This document shows positions 11,382-21,178 of a stretch of 64,000 nucleotides of DNA, piece after piece. The notes under the pieces are model-generated. The model saw only the letters and a list, made by a program, of their open reading frames with translations, was not told where the DNA came from and did no database searches. How positions within the stretch are numbered: the first letter of the stretch is position 1; each line of letters begins with the position of its first letter. The translations under genes were made by a program, and so were the position numbers. This stretch comes from Styela clava (taxonomy: Eukaryota), in the NCBI RefSeq assembly GCF_964204865.1, contig NC_135258.1, forward strand, positions 5,828,001 through 5,892,000. The letters run 5' to 3'.

Positions 11382-12482
11382 ATGTTAGTTAGGTACATTG
11401 GACTTTTCTTTTATTTGAGCACATGTCCTTGGTTGCTAAATCTTATATAAGAGTAATAAACATTTGAATATGAACTAAAATTTATTTAGAACAACACGAA
11501 TACTATATGAACAGGTATCGTTACTAGCGTGTAATCGACAATAGAATTTTTAATTCATGCCGCGGGAAAATAAAAATGGCATGTACAAAATACAAATGCA
11601 GCTATGTGAAATACAAAGAGTCAGCGGACGGCTCATCTTACGGGTATGCTGTTTTGGTCGAGAGACTTCTTTAAAAGACTGAAAGCTCGGCTCGTTTAGG
11701 TGTGTTTCTTACTTTCCATGACATAAATGAAAGTATTTAGGAGAAGAGTTTTAAAGGCTGCAGGAATAGGAAATTCCGCACAGATGCTTGATCTTTTATT
11801 CTAATTCCAATAGCCTACCGGTACCGTACGCTGGGGACTGCTCAATTACCGGTACCGGTAAGTGATTTCACGTTTTCCACTCAATTACCCGTAGTGTTGA
11901 ACCAAATATATTACCGCCAATTCCATTTAATGGTATAGACTACCGGTACCGGTATAACTGTATAAGGAACAAGACTCTGAATTCGGTACGGTCAGGTACG
12001 GTACCGGTACCAAGTTCTGAAGTTAGGTTACGCGCTGACGAGAATGTCATGTCATTCTTGAAGCAATCACGGGCGCAATCTCACTCACTTTTCTCTCGTT
12101 CGCGGTTTCATGTTTTTTTCTGAGGCGATCGACGACGGTGATCTGCTCTTTGGTCGGTGATCACTGGATTACCGCGCAGCTCTGGAGCGTCAGAAATAGG
12201 CAGTTACTGGGCTAACTGGAAAGTTCCTCCATTCTCAACTTTCCTGTTTCTCAGCTTAAGCAAATTGTACTAGGATAGACTAAACCCTAGATTTTTGATT
12301 CAATCCAGAAAAGCTAATATTTCAGTTAAAACTGTTTTGGACTGTCTTTCTCGATTGCTGCAAATATCCCATGGTTTAAGGACTTGCATCCACTTACTTT
12401 GCAGCTTTTATTATTTGTTTTATTATCTGAACAGCTGAATTTCACCTTTTTTGTGTCTTTGCCTTAATAATTTATGACTAAT

Positions 12483-12635
12483 TAGGATAGGTTTTACATG
12501 TTTATCCCAGGGGAGAGCAAAGTCAATAAGATGGCTTAATCATATGGCGAACCACAGCCTTTCGTCCTCTTACCATTCCATGTCGGGTATGGGATTAGTC
12601 AGCCAGTTTATTGCTTTTCGAATGCATGGACTTGA
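12483..12635 (-). mobile_element. 5'-truncated tRNA-SINE
   Basis: Matches the 3' part and taggatagg tail of the 38540-38879 copy. Confidence 0.75.
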
Positions 12636-13308
12636 TCTCTGACTGACTTAATCTCTGTATTTGCATTGTTCAAAATTGCTGTTTTATTTAACATTGAAAT
12701 TAGCTTCAAGTTTGTTTGAATCATTCTTGGCATTCTTTTTATATCCAATAATTTGACTTGTTATGAAAAGCCTCGTATACTGGTAGATGTGTAAATTTTT
12801 ATAGTGAAGCGAGTTCTTTGTTTCAAGCAGTACTACTGCTCATTGTATAAATATCATTTATTGCCATAAACTTATTGTAACTGTATTACCATGGGTAAAA
12901 ATTGTATGCATTTATTTGTTATTTATATGAAATTAAATGACCTTACCAGGTATTGTATTATCAATTGATTTATGTAGTATCCAATTTTCCTCTTAGCTGG
13001 AAGTTTATGATTATTGAAAATTTACTTTACTGATTTTTGGTCTGTGTTGTTCGGGGAAAAACATATTGGCCATTTTCAACTTGACTTCTGTATAGTTTCA
13101 CATTTCTATATTTGTTTAGTAATTCAGGTTTATAAGTCCCATGCATGATAAAATGTCATTCATGCAAAGAGTTACAGCTGATGACATAAAGCGAATACTT
13201 CTTTCTTATATTTATACCTTTAGCACTAAATAGTTGATTAGTTCGATAGATTAGTTGAATAGTTGATTAGTCTATTTCAGATTTTAATCTGCTCAAAAAT
13301 CTGTAACA

Positions 13309-13968
13309 ATGGGCGCTGTTGAAATCAACATGCAAACTACGATGAGCTCTGATAAGGATGAACTTTTTATTTGTCCTTATGACCCTGTTCATAGAGTTGC
13401 AGCTAGGAGATACATTCGTCATATTATAAAATGTCGAAGAAATTTCCCATTAGTTGAGAAAGCTGTTTGTCCTTTTAATGCAAGACATGTTGTTCCTAAA
13501 CCAGAATTGCGACATCACCTGAGCTGCTGCCCTGATGCTCGTATGATTGAATCTGAGATAAATTTTGATCGCTGTGGTTATGATGGGGATGAGGTTAAAG
13601 GTGATACATCAATGCCACCTATGCAGTCTCAACCATTAGATTTTGGGTCGGAAGAAAACTGGGACGACGAAATTGCTGATAATGCTTCGACGCAGGAATA
13701 TGTTTACGGATTATCGGGACCTAAAAAGACAGTGAATCGTAGAAGAGAAGAAATCAAAAGAATAAAAGAAGAAATGAGACGTAAAGCTCAAGAAGAAAGC
13801 AATTTTATTGAGGCTCATTTTGAAATTCATCAACGAAGGCCAATGCGACATCCTGGTGTTGCAGACAGACAGAATCTCATGCAGTATGGCCTGTTTTTTG
13901 CTGATGACCCAAATCCAGCCAAACCACTTCTCGCAGCCAATTTTCAAAAACCAGTGCTCTCTGATTAG
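13309..13968 (+). CDS. GTSF1: Gametocyte-specific factor 1 (Asterix) homolog, piRNA cofactor
   Basis: Two CHHC U11-48K zinc fingers (CPYDPVH...HIIKC; CPFNARH...HLSCC) and an acidic EENWDD motif; splice acceptor at 13280 just upstream. Confidence 0.88.
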   Translation: MGAVEINMQTTMSSDKDELFICPYDPVHRVAARRYIRHIIKCRRNFPLVEKAVCPFNARHVVPKPELRHHLSCCPDARMIESEINFDRCGYDGDEVKGDTSMPPMQSQPLDFGSEENWDDEIADNASTQEYVYGLSGPKKTVNRRREEIKRIKEEMRRKAQEESNFIEAHFEIHQRRPMRHPGVADRQNLMQYGLFFADDPNPAKPLLAANFQKPVLSD

Positions 13969-14747
13969 TTTAGCAAATGAGAGATCTTCGCGACATGAAA
14001 TTACCTAACTTTAAGTGTAACACTACCGATCACAATATGTAGAAAATGAATCTAGCAAAGATCGATCATGATTAGATCTATTTTTTCTATTTGTTTGATA
14101 TTTTTGAACATTTCTTTTTTTGACATTACACTTTACAGCTGTGGTAAGTCAGTGTCATTACATGTGTTCCAAATAGTCTTAGTCAATTTTTTTGCAAAAC
14201 ATGCAAAATTATCAGAAAAATAAGCGAACACACATTTAGCCCAAATAGTAGTTCGCTAAAGTAATATCAAAATTAAAAACAAACCTTTAACTCTACAGGA
14301 TTTTCTGAATTCAACCTTGCTTGTTCTGGCATTTTGTTAGAACATTCACATAGGTTGAGTAATTTAATATTATTTAATGTCAATGAATGGGTGTGCTGCT
14401 AATTGAAATTTGTTTATTAAATTGGGGTGTGCTATTATTTGAATTCCCTTTTTCTTTACCTACATTGTCACATGTGCTTGCTTTCTCTCAATAGCACCAA
14501 TTTCATTCTTTTTGCACCTGTTTTTTTTATTAATAAATAGTTACCAAATTTTACAATTGTGGAAAGTTATTCCGGTTGACTGACTGATGGAAAGAAAATA
14601 TAATAGAAACTTAATTGTGGGGCAATGGCAGAACAGTGCCTTAATTATGTTATAAAGTTAAGTGGGGTGACAGCTACCAATATCATAAATGAATGATGTG
14701 TGTGAGTGTGCCTGACCTTGATTTGCAAAAATAGTTTTGGGGTCTGG

Positions 14748-15858
14748 CAGAGATGTCCAATTTGAATTCAGCATTATATCGTTTTAATGTTTATAACTTA
14801 AATTATAAGAATAGCGAATATCGCAAACAATCGACATAACATGTCGAACACGTTTTTGATTGGAAATATTTTACAATAACTCGTATTTTTTCGTAATAAA
14901 AGAAGTCGTGTGTGGCGCAGCAATAAATCACAGCCGACATAAAAAGATTTAAAGTACTTGTAACACGTTGAGGACGTTTTTGATTGAAATTATTTTATAA
15001 TTATCACCGTACATTTATTCCATAATAGTCGAGATCGTCTGTGCGCTGCAACAACAAATTTTCTGAATTTTTATCTTGTAATTTTAACTGTTTTCATTCT
15101 CCGTTCCGAACATGACGGGGAAATTTTGCATTCTTGCGATTGATGGCGTCTAAAATAGCGTTTAAATATTATTCGGTGGCCGCACTACAGCTGCAGGGAA
15201 TAGTGTTGTCCAAATAACTAATTTTCCCTACATATTAAATGAACAATCTTTTAGCTACCGACTTCGGGATGTGTTGTTTTTCCTATCGTGCTTATGTGAT
15301 TTTGCGTTATATAAAACTCATGAAATGTCGTTACTGCTTATCGATTGAAAATTCTGATAAAATTGAACTAATGGCATTTCAACATATTCACATTAATATA
15401 TCCGTACGGAAATCGTAGAAATGTTACTTTGTTATGAACTTGAATGGATGTTTACAAAACGGCCCACTGAAAAGTTGTTGAAATTCACGCGATATTGGCG
15501 CACATGATGCTTATTTATAAATTAAATCAATATCATAGCCACTGGAAATAAATAAATAACAAACATCATAACGCAAATATAACACTCAATTTTGAGGACC
15601 TTGTCTGTTACCGAAAAGTGTGTGCAGATTCTCACGTGTTCGTCAGAAATAGTTTAATTCGCCAGAGGTGCGTTGTGCCGAGCAAGCGTTTAATTCGGTG
15701 AGGTAACGTCTCCAGGTCACGTGTTACCAAACATTGGAATAAGTATGAGTTTATTTCGACTCCATAATCAGCAGTAGACGATAAAATAATAGATAAAGAC
15801 AAAAAAAATAGTAAACTGCTACTGCAATATTCGCTATTCGAATATTTTGCCCAGCTCT
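14748..15858. mobile_element. Degenerate hAT-like non-autonomous element
   Basis: Right end attcgaatattttgcccagc is shared with the 29107-31086 element; cgaata subterminal repeats; no clear TSD. Confidence 0.5.
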
Positions 15859-15972
15859 TCCCTAAATTTTCTTTTTATGTATTTTGTAAATTCTGACTTA
15901 ACTTAGAACTTGTCTGGTCTTCCAGTTTGGTAAAATAATTTGCATATATATATAAATAAATAAATATATATA

Positions 15973-16458
15973 AAACACAAGAGAGCTACGCACAAATATA
16001 TGGACACGTTAGACCAGAGCGAATCAGTCTTTACCGGTACCTTTGACGCTACCGGTACCCTCATATTTAATATTATGTGTTTTCTGGTTGACTAAATAAT
16101 AAATTCTCTCTCTCCTCAAAAAAGTTCTGAATTTCCAGTAGCAAGAATTTTGCAGAATAAAAACGTACAGCCAGTCATGACACTGACTAAAATCCGTGTT
16201 CCCTTGGATAAAAAATAATACAGCAAAATTTTAGACGAAATATCAAATTTCATAGAATTCACGCAAAATAAATAAATTTTGAAATAAATAAAAGTAATAG
16301 CCTTCTAGCGAAGAAATTAATCTTTAACCACTGAAAATTTCAAAGCAATTGGTCCAGTATTCGAAGAGAAAAGCGATTTTTTAAAAACGTGTCAAAGAAC
16401 AAGAACAACAACAACAACATAATATTGAAACGATCGTTATGGCCACTAAACGTGTCCA
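15973..16458. mobile_element. DINE-1/HINE-like (Helentron-associated) element
   Basis: Starts acaagagagct; subterminal inverted repeat ggacacgt/acgtgtcc; (aac)n; shorter copy at 48700-48952. Confidence 0.65.
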
Positions 16459-17191
16459 ATAAATAATTTGATGAAAAACCGTAGTACAGTAGTATATATT
16501 TACGGGAAAACCGATGTCCATCTTATTTTTAGCAATACGTCATAATTTTGCTGATTCACGATGATCGTTTACAGTTGCATTCGCCAGAGGCAGGGGCCGA
16601 TGTTTATCTTCATATACACACCGGTACCGGTAGCATAGGGCAGCTTACCGGTATTTGTTTTCGAAATTATTTAATTTTTCGAATCGAAATGGCACTGGGG
16701 AGTTTTTAAATTAAAGTGGCGCTGGACAGACTGTGCCGCCATCACGTCCCAGAATTTTAAAAGTTTTGAACTGCACTTAGCTGTAAACAGAATACGGTAC
16801 CGTACCGGTACCCGTACGTCGTAGGTACCGGTTAGGTCTGTAGGTGTTTAGTTCGGTAAAACCTCAAATGTTTTAATTAATTTAATTAATTAATTAAATT
16901 AAATTAATTAAATTTAAAAAAATTAAATGTTTTAAATGTGTTGTTGACTGTGATTTGTGGCAAGTCAGCAATCTGGCAATATAGAAACTCCATAAAATAT
17001 GATGGTATTTATGGGAGAGGGAGTGATCACTTTTTTGTGGCTTTGGGGCCAGGCCACTGAAATGGGGCCAGGCCACGGAGAAATTGGGGCCAGGCCACGG
17101 AGAAATTGGGGCCGGGCCACAGAGAAATTGAGGCCGGGCCACGGAGAAATCGGGGCCAGGCCAGGCCAGGCCATGGTGCTATGCAGTAATA

Positions 17192-18713
17192 CGGAGCCAC
17201 ACTCATATTCTGGTATGAAAAGTGGATTAGTCCTATTTTTTGTGTGTTCAACGGGTTAGTAATGATCTTGAAGGTACAGACAAACCTTATTAGTGAAAAT
17301 AATACGCTTGAATCACATTTAACCGAGAATTTATTGCCTGGAAATACTGGATAGAAAATGGAGCCACAGACTTGAGCAGTTCAGTATTATGGAGCCACAC
17401 TCAAATTCGTTTTGAGAAGTGGATTAGGCTTATTCTTTGTGTGTTTAACAGGTTAGTGATGATCTTGAAGGTACAGGCAAACCTAATTAGTGAAAAGAAT
17501 ACGCTTGAATCACATTTAACCGAGAATTTACTGCCTGGAAATACAGGATAGAAAATGGAGCCACAGACTAGAGCAGTTCAGTAATATAGAGCCACACTCA
17601 AATTCGTTTTGAGAAGTGGATTAGTCTTATTTTTTGTGTGTTTAACAGGTTAGTGATGATCTTGAAGGTACAGACAAACCTTATTAGTGAAAAGAATATG
17701 CTTGAATCGCATTTTACCGAGAATTTATTGCCTTGAAATACAGGATAGAAAATGGAGCCACAGACTAGAGCAGTTCAGTAATATAGAGCCACACTCAAAT
17801 TCGTTTTGAGAAGTGGATTAGTCTTATTTTTTGTGTGTTTAACAGGTTAGTAATGATCTTGAAGGTACAGGCAAACCTTATTAGTGAAAAGAATACGCTT
17901 GAATCACATTTAACCGAGAATTTATTGCCTGGAAATACAGGATAGAAAATGGAGCCACAGACTTGAGCAGTTCAGTAATATGGAGCCACACTCAAATTCT
18001 GTTTTGAGAAGTGGATTAGTCTTATTCTTTGTGTGTTTAACAGGTTAGTGATGATCTTGAAGGTACAGGCAAACCTAATTAGTGAAAAGAATACGCTTGA
18101 ATCACATTTAACCGAGAATTTACTGCCTGGAAATACAGGATAGAAAATGGAGCCACAGACTAGAGCAGTTCAGTAATATAGAGCCACACTCAAATTCGTT
18201 TTGAGAAGTGGATTAGTCTTATTTTTTGTGTGTTTAACAGGTTAGTGATGATCTTGAAGGTACAGACAAACCTTATTAGTGAAAAGAATATGCTTGAATC
18301 GCATTTTACCGAGAATTTATTGCCTTGAAATACAGGATAGAAAATGGAGCCACAGACTAGAGCAGTTCAGTAATATAGAGCCACACTCAAATTCGTTTTG
18401 AGAAGTGGATTAGTCTTATTTTTTGTGTGTTTAACAGGTTAGTAATGATCTTGAAGGTACAGGCAAACCTTATTAGTGAAAAGAATACGCTTGAATCACA
18501 TTTAACCGAGAATTTATTGCCTGGAAATACCGGTACAGGATAGAAAATGGAGCCACAGACTAGAGCAGTTCAGTAATATGGAGCCACACTCAAATTCGTT
18601 TTTAGAAGTGGATTAGTCTTATTTTTTGTGTGTTTAACAGGTTAGTGATGATCTTGAAGGTACAGGCAAACCTTATTAGTGAAAAGAATTCGCTTGAATC
18701 ACATTTAACCGAG
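17192..18713. repeat. 197-bp tandem satellite, ~7.7 units, with a duplicated trimer
   Basis: Unit starts at 17192, 17391, 17588, 17785, 17982, 18180, 18377 and 18580; degenerate units continue at ~18911-19230. Confidence 0.97.
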
Positions 18714-18811
18714 GTTCATATATAGGTTATAATATATATAGGTTCATAGTTTGTATATTTGAAAATCTCGTAATTCTCTACTTTTTAAGTTTGTTTTTAA
18801 TAAATAAAAAT

Positions 18812-18900
18812 ATAAGATATCCCCCGAAAATAAGCCCTAGTGTTATTTTTCGGAAGAAAATTGAAATGAGACCCAGTCTTATTCTTGGGGAAACATGGTA
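18812..18900. mobile_element. Tc1/mariner (pogo-like) MITE end interrupting the satellite
   Basis: cgaaaataagccctagtg...ggggaaacatgg|ta is the reverse complement of the left part of 62037-62354. Confidence 0.7.
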
Positions 18901-20712
18901 TATCTGTATATGGAGCCATGCTTGATTTCTGTTATGGAGATGATTTTGTATTTTTTTTTTTCATGGTTTTCAACAGGTTAGTAAAGATCTTCAAGTTACA
19001 GGTAACCATAATAGTATGAAATCATGTTTGACTGTCTGAAAAGTAAATACTTTGAAATTTGTTGCCGGGAAGTGCAGTTTAAAAAGTGGATTCATACAGC
19101 GAGGTGATTCGGGGACGCAATGTCTGAATGTTGTCGGAAGTGGAATAGTCATAGTTTTTATTTCATATAACAGGTTTGTAATAATGGTTAAGTTACTTTA
19201 CAACAATAGTACCATAAGATTTGTTTCACTTTTTGGGGAATTAATGTTTTTTGTTCAGTATATATGCTGATATGAGTAATGATCGCAGTGAAACAGATAC
19301 TATACGATAACTGAGGAATGTATACAAGAATTAGGCTGTGAGAAGCTGGTATCATATCAATTTGATCATAGATTATGAATATGAAAGCTAATTTGTAGTT
19401 TACATTTACCAGGTTGGGAAAAATATTTCAAGCTTATCTTACTCAAACTATTTATAAGTAATACTCATATCAGACTATACATTTTAGCCTAATATTACAA
19501 TGTATATTATTTATTAGATAACATTAGCTGGCGCACTGGATTTTTCATTTGAGACTGGTTTTGGGGGAAGCTTTGATTCACACTTTTATATTCGTTAGTC
19601 ATTCAAATGGTTTGAGTGGAGATTTAAGTATATATTTGTTTTTGAGATTGTTCTGCAATGTTTTACGGTTGTGACAAAGCTAGAAATACTTATTAATATT
19701 CCTTATATTTTTATATCCAACTGAAGCATGCATAACATATTTGTATTATATTCTTGTGATGATTACTACTACATACATAATTGGATCTGCTTTCAGGGAT
19801 TGTTTAAATTGATAATGAAAACAGGAATCAAGCGAAAAAGTTTTTCCGAGAAGAACTATATTCCGAACGAGATTCCACTACAAAGATTAAATACTAAAAT
19901 AGATGGAATAGTATGATGGTAAGATTTGGTATTATTTTCCTTGATCACATCATTGTAACAATAACTGTACAGATGAGACCTGAATACAATCTCCATGGTT
20001 ATATTTTTTTGTTCCAGTCAAGATTGTGTCTAATAGTCAAGTCTGAATTTTGTACATTTGTTTTCCTAAAATAACATTCGCAAGTTCTTTCACAATTTTT
20101 CTTGACTATTTGCTATTTTTATGCTGTATTTGGAAAAATTTCATTGTCAAGAGATGTTCTCGCAAGATGTTTATTGCAAATGGTGTTCCCTATTAAGCAC
20201 TCTTTTTTTTATAAAAGTGTAAGATGTGAATTTTTTGCCACTATTGGTTTCATTTTTAAATATTGCCTCAATCACTAAGCATTGTAAAGAAATACATGTA
20301 ATGCCTAATATGTATTAATTGTATCACATGATAAAAAATTGTTCAGTATGGCTTTAACAAATAACATAATCTCAGGTGCTCACGTCGTAACGACATGCAA
20401 ACAGTTGTCGCAGTTTCCATGTTATTGATTTTGCTTCTCCAAAACATCGCGTACATAAAACAATAGAATGATGTGGAATTGGCAAGTGTGGTATTATGAT
20501 TGCTCGAAGATTTATTCAGATTCTACGTACCTCAATGTGAGTTTGACGTATTGTTTGTACTGAGCTTTATAGCAGGACATGCAACAATGGGTAAAAACAG
20601 AATAGAATATAAAAATTGGCCCATTCCATTTGTTTCCTAACTTAATGAGTTTTTGATAATGAAGTGATCTGCGATGTATACAAATCAGGGATGGACCAAG
20701 CAGTCTTTAGTC

Positions 20713-21178
20713 CAGGGGTTCTCAACCTGGGGTTCGCGAAAAGATTTCAGGGGGTACTTGGATGGCAGTCGAGTTTTTGCGTGTTGCTGTTTTTAATATC
20801 CTTTATTACTACCAGAGGAAAATGCGTGCCGATTGTAACTGGATGCCAATTGAAACATAGATTTTCCCTGATCTTGCGTTGTTGTGATTGTGACGTAAAC
20901 AATGTGAAATTCACAGAAAATACAGCGTGCTGCGAGCACTGGAGAAAGTGATATCCTTATTGAAACTTGAAAGGGATTTCAAGAATTTATTAGTTAGGGC
21001 AATATTAGTAACAGGGAAATTAAATTTAGTTTTATCTGGTCAATAAATTGTTGTTTCAACAAATTGTTAATCGATATATCACAACTTTGTTCGGTGTCAC
21101 ATTACTGGGGGTTCACGTTGATTGTTTCGTGCCTGGGGGGGGGGGGGTATTTTGCAGAAAAAAGGTTGAGAACCCCTG
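20713..21178. mobile_element. hAT (Charlie-like) MITE
   Basis: Perfect 16-bp TIR caggggttctcaacct; TSD ctttagtc/gtctagtc. Confidence 0.9.

Noticed and set aside
16894-17259. Short WPG-repeat ORFs (also 22825-23198)
   Set aside because: Open on both strands only because of the stop-free 21-bp repeat.
17192-18713. CRISPR-like array or C/D snoRNA cluster
   Set aside because: Whole units are near-identical with no unique spacers and no cas genes are present. GTGATGA occurs in only some units and there is no canonical CTGA D box.
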